Positions 38,143 through 46,594 of a stretch of 55,427 nucleotides of DNA are shown here, piece after piece. The position numbers and the translations under genes are program-made. The notes beneath the pieces are model-generated. The model searched no databases and was not told the origin of the DNA. It saw only the letters and a list, made by a program, of their open reading frames with translations. Source of the DNA: Candidatus Moraniibacteriota bacterium (GTDB taxonomy: Bacteria > Patescibacteriota > Minisyncoccia > Moranbacterales > UBA1568); the NCBI GenBank assembly GCA_903854995.1, contig CAINXS010000052.1:1-55427 (forward strand). The letters are read 5' to 3'. Position 1 is the first letter of the stretch, and each line of letters begins with the position of its first letter.

Positions 38143-38622
38143 CTATTGTAAGAGAATGTCGCTGTTTCGGGAATAAAACCCCCATCCCGTGCGGATATCA
38201 TCCCGTAAACCGGGGATGAAGTCAAATCCCGAAAGCTCATCGATCGGCTGCCACCGACACTCGGAATGTTCATGATCGTCCAAAAGCGGTCCCGTCCCGT
38301 CATCAACATATTCATGCCAGATACAGACGAACTTGAGACCGGGGATCTTTTTCTGCGATAGGTTCGGCACGGCTATCTCATACGTCCCGAACGGAAACGC
38401 CCGGTCCACAGAAATACCGAACTCCTCGCGGATCTGCCGGATGACCGCCTCGTCGAAATTCTCACCGGCATTCACCTGACCGCCCCCACATTCCCACAGA
38501 CCCGGATAAAGCGACCGTTTCGCGCCCCGTTTCGCGATGAGCACCGAAACCCGGCCTTCCGACTCGCGAAAACAGATGCCCGCGACATGCGCCTCGATCA
38601 ATTCGCGGTGATCTTCCCTCAT
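38143..38622 (-). CDS. Nudix hydrolase
   Basis: Nudix box GGGQVNAGENFDEAVIRQIREEFGI. Confidence 0.88.
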   Translation of the reverse strand: MREDHRELIEAHVAGICFRESEGRVSVLIAKRGAKRSLYPGLWECGGGQVNAGENFDEAVIRQIREEFGISVDRAFPFGTYEIAVPNLSQKKIPGLKFVCIWHEYVDDGTGPLLDDHEHSECRWQPIDELSGFDFIPGLRDDIRTGWGFYSRNSDILLQ

Positions 38623-38668
38623 AACAAGTACGAAAAACGACGGTTCGAAAGAGAATAGGCGACCGGCA

Positions 38669-38818
38669 TCAGAACATCGTGCTGAAAACCGATTCCGTCC
38701 AATGAGCGAGAGAGAAGATGTCCGCGACCGCAGCTATCAGAAACGCGGCAAGAATCGGAGTGACGAAATGGATCGCGAATACCGTCGCCTGTTCATCCTT
38801 CTTCAGTTCTCTGGCCAT
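38669..38818 (-). CDS. candidate small membrane protein (49 aa, MARELKKDEQATVFAIHFVTPILAAFLIAAVADIFSLAHWTESVFSTMF)
   Basis: Hand-translated and below the ORF-track cutoff. It has one clear TM helix in an otherwise unassigned 290-bp spacer. No Shine-Dalgarno sequence was seen. Confidence 0.3.
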   Translation of the reverse strand: MARELKKDEQATVFAIHFVTPILAAFLIAAVADIFSLAHWTESVFSTMF

Positions 38819-38912
38819 ACGTTTTTGTTTTGTTCCGACTTATGGATATTACGAAACGAGACAAAGAAAAACGGCGAACCCCCTCCCGTCCGGCGCTGAC
38901 TCCGGGATTCTA

Positions 38913-40577
38913 CTACATTTTTTCCGGAGCGGAAACCCCCACCAGTCGCAAGGTCTCGGCAAGCACGATCCGGACCGCTGAAACAAGCGAAAGTCTCGCC
39001 CTGGTAAGTTCCGGGTTCGTCTCGTCCATCACCCGGCAATCGGCATAGAAGGAATGCAGTCGGTCCGAAAGCCGGATCGCGTACTGTGGCAAACGATGGA
39101 CCGCTCCCGTTTCCGCGACTTCCGCACACAGTTCCGGAAAAGTCAGCAGCTCGCGAAACAGTATCCTCTCTTTCGGATGCGTCAGAAGCGAAAGATCCGC
39201 ATCTTCAAAAGACATCCCGGCTTCTTCGGCCTTTCTCAGGATGCTCGAGAGTCTCGCGTGCGCATACTGGACATAGAACACCGGGTTCTTCTCGGAGCGC
39301 TCCTCCGCCAATCCGAGATCGAAGTTCATGTGCGTATCGAGCGACAGCATCAGGAAGAAGAACCGCGCCACGTCATGCCCGACCAGATCGACGAGCTCGT
39401 CGATCGTGACCACGTTGCCCGCGCGTTTCGACATGCGGACCTCCTGACCATCCTTCACGAGCCGCACCAACTGGACGATGAAGACATCGAACCGCCCGGA
39501 AAATCCGAGTGCCTGTAATGCCGCCTTGAGCCGCGCCACATATCCGTGATGATCGGCACCGAGCGTAAGGACGATCCTGTCCGCCCCGCGCTCGATCTTC
39601 GAAAGGAAATAGCCGCAATCCGTCGCGAAGTACGCACGGCTCCCATCAGATTTCACCAAGACGCGATCCTTGTCGTCACCGAAGTCCGTCGTGCGAAGCC
39701 AAAGCGCTCCATCCTGTTCGTATGTCATCCCCTTTTCCCGGAGCACGTCGATCGCTTTCTCTGCCAGTCCTTTCTCGACGACGTCTTTCCGTTCGGATAC
39801 GTACGCATCGAACGCGATGCGCATCTTCTCGTCCACCGTCTTCTTGATATATTGCTTCAAAACGAAATCCGCGGCGGCGATTCCGACCTCGCGAACACGC
39901 CCGTCATCCGCGGACGGATCATCACCGACTGTCAATGCGGCGCGTATCTCATCGATGTATTCACCGCCGTATACCGACTGTTCATCCCGAAGGACGCTGT
40001 GCCCGAGTTTCAGTACCTGACCGCCGGCATCGTTCACGTAGTATTCGTTCGTCACGTCGTACCCCGCCTTGCGGAGGATCCGCGAGAGCGCGTCGCCATA
40101 AAATCCGCCACGCGCATTGCCGAGATGAAGCGGTCCCGTCGGATTCGCCGAAATGAATTCGTTGTTCACCGAAACACCCGCCCCTTTGTCGCTGTCCCCA
40201 TAGTGACCACCCTTCGCAAGGATATCGGCGACGACGGACGCGAGTGCGACTTGGGGAAGCGTGATATTGATATACCCCGGTGCCGCGATCTCTATCTTGC
40301 CATCCGCCGTGATTCCAAGACGTCCCACTATGAGTTCCGCCAATTCCATCGGCGGTTTTTTCGCACGCTTGGAAAGCGCGAGTGCCACATTCGTCGCATA
40401 CTCGCCATTCCGCTCGTCCCGGGTCCAATCGACACGGATTTCCGGCACATCAAAAGGGGGAAGGATGCCTTCCCCTTGCAGTTCCGCGATCGCATCGTGG
40501 AGCTTCCGTTCCCATTGGGTCTTCATGCCCTCATAGTACGGGAAAACCGCTTCGTCGTGAAGACTTGCTTTTTTCAT
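38913..40577 (-). CDS. argS: arginyl-tRNA synthetase
   Basis: The class I motif SANPTGPLHLGNARG is present, with MSKRAG in the KMSKS position and a C-terminal DALR-type domain. Confidence 0.95.
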   Translation of the reverse strand: MKKASLHDEAVFPYYEGMKTQWERKLHDAIAELQGEGILPPFDVPEIRVDWTRDERNGEYATNVALALSKRAKKPPMELAELIVGRLGITADGKIEIAAPGYINITLPQVALASVVADILAKGGHYGDSDKGAGVSVNNEFISANPTGPLHLGNARGGFYGDALSRILRKAGYDVTNEYYVNDAGGQVLKLGHSVLRDEQSVYGGEYIDEIRAALTVGDDPSADDGRVREVGIAAADFVLKQYIKKTVDEKMRIAFDAYVSERKDVVEKGLAEKAIDVLREKGMTYEQDGALWLRTTDFGDDKDRVLVKSDGSRAYFATDCGYFLSKIERGADRIVLTLGADHHGYVARLKAALQALGFSGRFDVFIVQLVRLVKDGQEVRMSKRAGNVVTIDELVDLVGHDVARFFFLMLSLDTHMNFDLGLAEERSEKNPVFYVQYAHARLSSILRKAEEAGMSFEDADLSLLTHPKERILFRELLTFPELCAEVAETGAVHRLPQYAIRLSDRLHSFYADCRVMDETNPELTRARLSLVSAVRIVLAETLRLVGVSAPEKM

Positions 40578-40616
40578 ATATTAGTGCTATAATATCAACC
40601 AGTTGTTTAATAAAAC

Positions 40617-40675
40617 TTATCGGGAGCCCCACTTGAAGTATAGTCTTCGCATTTGGGGGCAAAAGCTCCCGATAA
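40617..40675. repeat. long nested hairpin: TTATCGGGAGC ... GCTCCCGATAA enclosing CCCCA...TGGGG and GAAG...CTTC
   Basis: Read directly. On the minus strand it is followed by GTTTTATT. Confidence 0.7.
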
Positions 40676-40992
40676 TCAGTCCTGCCATCAGGACCGCAAA
40701 AATGGCATGGCGCCGGATCGAGCTCACCGCTCAATCAGAACCGTCCGCCATCCAGAAAGCCGCGAAGGTGTCCGTCCTTTGCACAAAAATCATGTTGCGG
40801 AAAAAGGCGAAATACATAGCCCTTTTCAGCATTCCGTTCGTCGGAATCGTGACTTGCTCGATCGTACTGATCCGGGATTGCATTCTGGAAATACGGTCGG
40901 AAAAACACGGACATGGAGACGAGTTGTAACCCAACCCGTCTCTTTCCCATTTTCGCCTTGTCTTAAGCATTGGAACGCGGTAGAGTGAAACC

Positions 40993-41439
40993 ATGAAAAC
41001 ACTCGCCGTAAACAGACGCGCCGGATTCGATTACGAGCTCATGGACCGCTATGAGGCCGGTTTGGAATTGACCGGAGCGGAGGTGAAATCGGTGAAAACG
41101 GGACATATAAGCCTCAAGGGAAGCTTCGTGACCGCCCACGGCGAGGAACTCTTCCTTACGAACTCCCTTATTCCACCGTACCCGCAGGCCCACAAGGAAA
41201 CCAGACACGATGATACCAGGTCGCGGAAGCTCCTGCTTCGACGGTCGGAAATCCGCTCCCTGATTGGAAAATCACGCGTCGAGGGCTTGACGTTGGTGCC
41301 AATCAGGGTGTACACTAAGAACCGACTCGTGAAGCTTGAATTCGCCGTCGGAAAGGGAAAAAGGCACATCGATAAGCGCGAGACAATAAAGAAGCGCGAG
41401 GCACGGAAAGACATAGGTCGCGCGATGCGGTCGAAATGA
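40993..41439 (+). CDS. smpB: SsrA-binding protein
   Basis: NRRAGFDYEL..., ELTGAEVKS and a basic C-terminal tail are present. Confidence 0.95.
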   Translation: MKTLAVNRRAGFDYELMDRYEAGLELTGAEVKSVKTGHISLKGSFVTAHGEELFLTNSLIPPYPQAHKETRHDDTRSRKLLLRRSEIRSLIGKSRVEGLTLVPIRVYTKNRLVKLEFAVGKGKRHIDKRETIKKREARKDIGRAMRSK

Positions 41440-41595
41440 AGTTCCCATGACCAAGCATCCGATTCCCCTTCGGAAATCCGCGGCTTGGCACTTGGAATTT
41501 CAGTTCTGGACGTTTTCAAAATCCATTTTCGATTTTGAGATTTGTTTGGATATTGGAGTTTGTGTTTTGGTCATTCCATCGCTTCGCGATGGCAT

Positions 41596-41994
41596 GGGGT
41601 TGTCTAGTTTCGACAGCGTGCTCTTTCAGAACCGGCAAGCCGATGCGGGGAGTCATCGAAAAAAATCCCCACATATGATATCTGCCAACATCACACAGAA
41701 AGTGAAGGCAGCGTTCGCCTCGGCGTTCGCCCCGTCCTTCGCTTCCGTTCTCGCCTAACTTCGGTTTGCGGAACCATCGGACCCCCGACGCCTGATACGG
41801 GAATTCCGGTGCCATACCATCAGGCGGACCAACAAGGGTCTTTCTTCCCTTCACTCTGTTGGCCCGGCATGAAAGGAAGCCCTGGAAAGATTTTCGTCGA
41901 TCTTTCCGCTTTTCAGGGAACCAAAGGTCGACTACGCTTGTAGAAGGTTCTGGAAGGATTCGTCTGGACATGGGTGCGATTCCCATCAACTCCA
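41596..41994 (+). ncRNA. ssrA: tmRNA (transfer-messenger RNA)
   Basis: The 5' end is GGGGUUGUCUAGUUUCGACAGCG. The 3' end is GGACAUGGGUGCGAUUCCCAUCAACUCCA. The acceptor GGGGUUG/CAACUCC includes the G3-U pair. The tag reading frame GCC AAC ... GCC TAA is at 41684-41758. The gene lies directly after smpB, and the terminal CCA is not encoded. Confidence 0.9.
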
Positions 41995-41996
41995 CA

Positions 41997-42048
41997 GGAA
42001 GCTGCCGAAGCTTCGAAAGCTTCTGAAGCTGCAATAGCTTTCGGAGCC
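41997..42048. repeat. GAAGCTT-type word block immediately 3' of tmRNA
   Basis: The sequence ggaagctgccgaagcttcgaaagcttctgaagctgcaatagctttcgg was read directly. Confidence 0.8.
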
Positions 42049-42120
42049 AAAGAAGACTATACGGCGTGATTTTTTTAATTTTTCATGACGCCATTGCGGT
42101 TCATGGAAATCCGAATGTAA

Positions 42121-42164
42121 GCTAAAGAAGCTTCAAAAGCTTCAGAAGCTCCCGAAGCTTGAAC
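42121..42164. repeat. second GAAGCTT-type word block, directly upstream of infC
   Basis: The sequence gctaaagaagcttcaaaagcttcagaagctcccgaagcttgaac was read directly. Confidence 0.8.
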
Positions 42165-42166
42165 AT

Positions 42167-42715
42167 ATGAGACGACGAAGACACAACCGACCGAAGCCGA
42201 AACCGCAGGCAGTACAGCGGTTCCGCGCGAACGAGAAGATCCTCTCCCCCACCGTCTACCTCATCGGCAGCGACGGGAAGCCGCTCGGCGAGATGCCGAC
42301 GGAACAGGCGCTCGAGATCGCGCGCTCGGAAGACCTCGATCTTATCGAGGTATCGCCGCAGGCGAACCCGCCGGTCTGCAAGATTCTCGAATACGGGAAG
42401 TTTCAGTACCAGCAGACCAAGAAGGAGCAACAGGCGAAAAGCAACCAGAAGAAAGTCGACATCAAGGGCATCCGTATCGGACTCCGTGTCGACACCCACG
42501 ATCTTCTCTTCAAGAAAGACCAGGCCGAGAAGTTCCTCAAGAAGGGACAGAAGGTCCGGATCGAACTTCTCCTCCGTGGTCGTGAGAAGGCCATGCGAGA
42601 CCGGGCCAGGGAGGCCATGAAGGAATTCCTCACGCTCCTCGCGATCCCGTACAAGGTCGAAGAAGAGATGAAGAACATACAGAACGGCATCAGCATCCTG
42701 ATCGTTCCGGAATAA
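42167..42715 (+). CDS. infC: translation initiation factor IF-3
   Basis: INEKI-like ANEKILSPTVYLIGSDG and LDLIEVSPQANPPVCKILEYGKFQY are present. Confidence 0.93.
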   Translation: MRRRRHNRPKPKPQAVQRFRANEKILSPTVYLIGSDGKPLGEMPTEQALEIARSEDLDLIEVSPQANPPVCKILEYGKFQYQQTKKEQQAKSNQKKVDIKGIRIGLRVDTHDLLFKKDQAEKFLKKGQKVRIELLLRGREKAMRDRAREAMKEFLTLLAIPYKVEEEMKNIQNGISILIVPE

Positions 42716-42746
42716 ACGACTAAGACACCCGATTAAGCCCATCGAT

Positions 42747-42944
42747 ATGAAGCAGAAGACGAAGAAGTCGGTCAGCAAGAAGATCAAAGTCACCGGAAGC
42801 GGCAAGCTCATGCGCCGTTCGTCCGGACAGAACCACTACAATTCCCGCGATACGGGGGCGCAGACCCGCGCGAAACGGATCGACAAGGGATTCGTGGTCG
42901 CGAAGGAGGAGCAGAACGTGAAGAACGCCCTCCCCTACGCGTAG
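42747..42944 (+). CDS. rpmI: ribosomal protein L35
   Basis: A 65-aa basic protein beginning [24 protein letters not shown], in the infC-rpmI-rplT gene order. Confidence 0.93.
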   Translation: MKQKTKKSVSKKIKVTGSGKLMRRSSGQNHYNSRDTGAQTRAKRIDKGFVVAKEEQNVKNALPYA

Positions 42945-43021
42945 AACGGAAAACCAACCTTGACTTTCAAAGGGATTTTCCGTACCATTGTCGAATATTC
43001 ATCCGTAAACCAGGAAACGTT

Positions 43022-43372
43022 ATGACCCGTGTGAAGCGCGGCGTGGCCGCAAGCAAACGACGCAACAACCTTCTCGAGGCGGCAAAGGGATACCGCTGGG
43101 GCCGCAGCCGACAGTATGCCGCCGCCAAACAGGCCGTCATGAAAGCCGGTTCCTACGCCTATCGTGACCGACGGAACAAGAAGCGCACCTTCCGTTCCCT
43201 CTGGATCATCAGACTCGGCAACGCGCTTCGCGGATTCGATACGAGCTACAGCCGCTTCATCGGAGTCCTGAAGACCAAGCAAGTTGAGCTCGACCGCAAG
43301 GTTCTCTCCCAGCTCGCGGTCCGCGACAACGACGCCTTCAAGGCACTCGTCGAAAAGATCAAGGGTATCTAG
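43022..43372 (+). CDS. rplT: ribosomal protein L20
   Basis: The start [29 protein letters not shown] is L20-like. Confidence 0.95.
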   Translation: MTRVKRGVAASKRRNNLLEAAKGYRWGRSRQYAAAKQAVMKAGSYAYRDRRNKKRTFRSLWIIRLGNALRGFDTSYSRFIGVLKTKQVELDRKVLSQLAVRDNDAFKALVEKIKGI

Positions 43373-43387
43373 TCGGATCTTCCACCG

Positions 43388-43418
43388 AAAAAACTCCCGA
43401 GTCATCGGGAGTTTTTTT
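43388..43418. terminator. bidirectional rho-independent terminator (A-run, ACTCCCGA-GTCA-TCGGGAGT, T-run)
   Basis: It lies between the convergent rplT and VanZ genes. Confidence 0.85.
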
Positions 43419-43442
43419 ATGAGACACGACTGCGGAACGTTT

Positions 43443-43895
43443 TCAGACGTTCGAAGTGTTTGCTGTTCCGGATTTTTTCGGCGGCGACGGGAATGACGCT
43501 CGTTTTTTCCTCCCGGCCAGTGCATGAGCGACGACCATCCCTATCACGATGCCAATCAGGTCGATGCCGACATCGGTCAGCTTCCCCTCGCGACCGGGAA
43601 CGAACAACTGGTGTGTCTCATCGGAAAACGCGTAAAGTAGGGAAAGGGCGATGGCAAGCGATACGCGGAATCCGAACCGTTCCTTCGGATAGGCAAGCCG
43701 GAACGCATTGAACGTCAGCAACGACAAGACGAGATATTCGAAGACGTGCGCCCCCTTCCGCTCAAGCAGGAAACGGAGCGTCATCCCCGAACCCGAGTTC
43801 GCCCCAGGCATAGAGGAAAAAAAGAAAATGACCGCCATCCAGACGATGAGCGCGGAAAAGGCGCGTGAGCGCGAATTAAGCAGTATCATATTCAT
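43443..43895 (-). CDS. VanZ-family membrane protein
   Basis: The motif DETHQLFVPGREGKLTDVGIDLIG is present. The ATG at 43895 (MNMILL) is preferred. Confidence 0.8.
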   Translation of the reverse strand: MNMILLNSRSRAFSALIVWMAVIFFFSSMPGANSGSGMTLRFLLERKGAHVFEYLVLSLLTFNAFRLAYPKERFGFRVSLAIALSLLYAFSDETHQLFVPGREGKLTDVGIDLIGIVIGMVVAHALAGRKKRASFPSPPKKSGTANTSNV

Positions 43896-44020
43896 TTTGC
43901 GGAACGCTGCCGGAAGCGCTCCTGAACCTGCTTGAAGAGAATCGGGAGGACGTAAAACGGCAACCAAATCCACAGTGTCATGCGGAGAAACTCATCGAGG
44001 ATGTCGTTGAATGTCTTCAT
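43892..44020 (-). CDS. candidate small membrane protein (42 aa, MKTFNDILDEFLRMTLWIWLPFYVLPILFKQVQERFRQRSAK)
   Basis: Hand-translated. Its stop overlaps the VanZ start in an ATGA, which suggests coupling. Confidence 0.35.
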   Translation of the reverse strand: MKTFNDILDEFLRMTLWIWLPFYVLPILFKQVQERFRQRSAK

Positions 44021-44053
44021 ACGTATACGTTAGAATCGACCGATTCTCCCCTT

Positions 44054-44794
44054 TCAGTCCATCAAGTCATCAGGGCTTCCGCTGCCGCCTGTTGCCGCGC
44101 ATCGCGTCAGGTCGTAAACGACGTCCTTCTTCTCCACTATGATACGCCATCCGGCCTTCTCCGCGGCTTCCTTCAGGTTCTTGTTCGGATTGAATGCGAT
44201 CGGATGTTCCACGATCCGGAAGATGCCGATGTCCGATTCCGTATCCCCGATTCCGTACGAATCGGCCAGGTCGATTCCGTTCTCCTCCGCATACCGACTC
44301 ACGACCGCGCCTTTCGCCTTCGTCGGCTCAAAGGTCGCCCGCCCGGTATACAGTCCGTTCTCATCCTTCTCGTATACGCTTCCGAACACCTTGTCGAATC
44401 CCAGATACTCGTCATTGTACTCCTCGACGACCTCTATCGGGGAACCGGAAACCGCGATCATATGTCTCCCTTCTGCCCGGAACTTCCTGATGAGCGCTTC
44501 CGAGAACAGATAGGTTCGCTTCATGTGAAACGGGATGACGATTTTGCTCGCCTCGCGGACTTTCTCTTCCGAAACTCCGCGGATATGCTCGGCATACAGA
44601 GCGACGAGCGCACTGCGATAATCCTCGTACGTCCCCTCGTGTTCCAACCAGTTGGAATAGACCTCCGTCAGCCGTCTCCGTACCGACGTCGGGAATGTCC
44701 CCAGCCAGGAAAGTTCGTTGATCAGCTCGAAATGCAGGTTCTTGCGAAATATAGTCCCGTCGATGTCGAATACGGCCAGTTTTTTCTTGTCCAT
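44054..44794 (-). CDS. HAD-IB family hydrolase (SerB-like)
   Basis: The motifs AVFDIDGTIF and GDTESD are present. Confidence 0.85.
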   Translation of the reverse strand: MDKKKLAVFDIDGTIFRKNLHFELINELSWLGTFPTSVRRRLTEVYSNWLEHEGTYEDYRSALVALYAEHIRGVSEEKVREASKIVIPFHMKRTYLFSEALIRKFRAEGRHMIAVSGSPIEVVEEYNDEYLGFDKVFGSVYEKDENGLYTGRATFEPTKAKGAVVSRYAEENGIDLADSYGIGDTESDIGIFRIVEHPIAFNPNKNLKEAAEKAGWRIIVEKKDVVYDLTRCAATGGSGSPDDLMD

Positions 44795-44804
44795 GTGACG
44801 TCCG

Positions 44805-45311
44805 TTACGTGGTTCCTCTCCCCTCCATTGTACTCATGAGCGAAAAAAGGGCAATTCCCGTCGCTACCGAGACGTTCAATGATCGTTTGACACCCCGCAT
44901 CGGCAGACTGATGACGGCGTCGCATGACCGGAGTATGTCCGGATCGACACCCTCGGTCTCGTTTCCCACGAAAATGGCCGCACGTTCCGCCGGAACGAAC
45001 GAACGGTAGTCGATACTCGATTCTCCCGTCTCGAGCGCGACGATGGATATCCCTTCACTCCGAAGCCGTCCGACCAGCTCATGAATGTCGGATACCCGTT
45101 CCCAGGGAACGGCGTGTTCCGCGCCGAGAGCCGTTTTCGCCAAGGACTTCTCCGCATCCGTCATCCACCGCTTCCCTTCTTCCGCGGGAACCTGCGTATA
45201 TCCTGAAACGAAGATTCGCCCTACTCCCGCCCCGTCAGCCGTACGGAACATCGCGCCCACGTTATGAGCGCTCCTGATATCGTGAAGGATGAGGAAGAGT
45301 TCGTGAGACAT
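44805..45311 (-). CDS. SpoU/TrmH-family RNA 2'-O-methyltransferase
   Basis: HNVGAMFRTADGAG, GNETEG and SLNVS motifs are present. Confidence 0.88.
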   Translation of the reverse strand: MSHELFLILHDIRSAHNVGAMFRTADGAGVGRIFVSGYTQVPAEEGKRWMTDAEKSLAKTALGAEHAVPWERVSDIHELVGRLRSEGISIVALETGESSIDYRSFVPAERAAIFVGNETEGVDPDILRSCDAVISLPMRGVKRSLNVSVATGIALFSLMSTMEGRGTT

Positions 45312-45315
45312 AAAG

Positions 45316-45368
45316 TCAGATAACAGGCATCAGTTAACAGATAACTAATGACAGATAACGAATGTCAA
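45316..45368. repeat. CAGATAAC-type word block directly upstream of the trmH-family start
   Basis: The sequence tcagataacaggcatcagttaacagataactaatgacagataacgaatgtc was read directly. Confidence 0.85.
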
Positions 45369-45476
45369 TACACAGAGATCGACGGATGAAGAAGATTTTG
45401 CAGTCTAACCCTGTCGAGCGCTGTACGGACCTTGCCCCACGTCCAATGTTCCATGTCCAATGCTCTATGCTCTATC

Positions 45477-45562
45477 TTAACCTGTTATCTGTTTCATGTT
45501 CTCCGTTCCCTGTTCACTATTTCCCTGTTCAATGATCAATGTTAACTGTTCTCTGTTAACTG
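45477..45562. repeat. GTTATCTG/GTTAACTG-type word block (inverted relative to 45316-45368) overlapping the glycosidase stop
   Basis: The DNA reads ttaacctgttatctgtttcatgttctccgttccctgttcactatttccctgttcaatgatcaatgttaactgttctctgttaactg. It is preceded by TCCAATG/CTCTATG heptamers at 45441-45476. Confidence 0.85.
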
Positions 45563-46578
45563 CCTTGGAACAGCTCCTTCGCGGCATTCCAGACTGCCGG
45601 TTCCCCCTTCGTCACCTTGAGCCAATACCACCACTCCACGCCCCACAGGTACGACTCGGAAAATCCTACGCGTTTCGAATAATCGACATATTCGCGAAGC
45701 AGATCGGGATTCATGGTCTCGTACTGCTCCGCGACCGATGCGTCCGCGACCCAGCCCTTCGCCCACGGCTCCGCCTGCAGTTCCGCGACGATGAATCGGC
45801 TGCGACCCATGAACAACCGCAGCATCTCCGACTTGAAACGATAGTAATTCGGCCCGATAGGATACGTGACATACCCATACGCGGGATTGTTCACTTTTCT
45901 GTACATGGTCGTCCCGAGAATATCGCCACGGGAAGCGGCGGCCGTCCATGCGGAGAATTCACCGCTATCGGTGACGAGTATGGGACGGGATGGATCAAGC
46001 GACCGTACGTACGCGATTTCGGCATCGAAAAATTCGCGGGAAAAAGCCGGGCATTCACCGAAAAATTCGACGAACGGTTCATTTTCGACCTGCCAGACCG
46101 AAACCTCCGGACGCTCGCGATACCGCGATACCGCGGCTCCGATGAAGTCCGTCAGGCGCGCCTGTCGATACGCGTCGTTCCCTTCGTCCTTCACCCAATC
46201 CGGAATATGGCATTCGGGCCATCTCGGCTCACGCTGGCCGACGACCAAGATCACGTCCGCCCCCCGACTCGCCGCCTCGTCGAGCATCCAATCGGTATCG
46301 GAAAAGTCATACACCCCCTTCTCACGCTCCACAAGATCCCAATACACCGGGATGCGAAGTTTCCGGACGCCGAGATCGTCAAGGGTGACAAGGTACGCCT
46401 CCCGCCAATCGAGTCCGAGGTCACGGGCATACGATACCGAAAACGTGACCCCGAGCGCGACGTCCTCCCGTGGGACCGGGCCGGGAAGATTGAAGTACGT
46501 GAAAAAGCCGCCCGCGATCAGAAGCGTGATTCCTACCGCAAGTCCGATGATTTTGAGCACGAACAGTTTCCGTTTCAT
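45556..46578 (-). CDS. membrane-anchored clan GH-A glycoside hydrolase (cellulase / beta-galactosidase-like TIM barrel)
   Basis: An N-terminal TM helix and WQVENEP (the NEP acid/base motif) are present. Confidence 0.65.
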   Translation of the reverse strand: MKRKLFVLKIIGLAVGITLLIAGGFFTYFNLPGPVPREDVALGVTFSVSYARDLGLDWREAYLVTLDDLGVRKLRIPVYWDLVEREKGVYDFSDTDWMLDEAASRGADVILVVGQREPRWPECHIPDWVKDEGNDAYRQARLTDFIGAAVSRYRERPEVSVWQVENEPFVEFFGECPAFSREFFDAEIAYVRSLDPSRPILVTDSGEFSAWTAAASRGDILGTTMYRKVNNPAYGYVTYPIGPNYYRFKSEMLRLFMGRSRFIVAELQAEPWAKGWVADASVAEQYETMNPDLLREYVDYSKRVGFSESYLWGVEWWYWLKVTKGEPAVWNAAKELFQGS

Positions 46579-46594
46579 TCCGTTTCCCGGTTAT

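Noticed and set aside
40578-40992. A replication origin at the minus/plus gene-orientation switch between argS and smpB.
   Set aside because: No TTATCCACA-like DnaA boxes or AT-rich unwinding repeats were seen, and no dnaA or dnaN is nearby. Orientation flips back to minus at 43443, so this is a small plus-strand block rather than a replichore boundary.
41516-42034. A 172-aa minus-strand ORF overlapping the smpB-infC spacer.
   Set aside because: The region is occupied by a canonical tmRNA on the plus strand, so the ORF is antisense noise.
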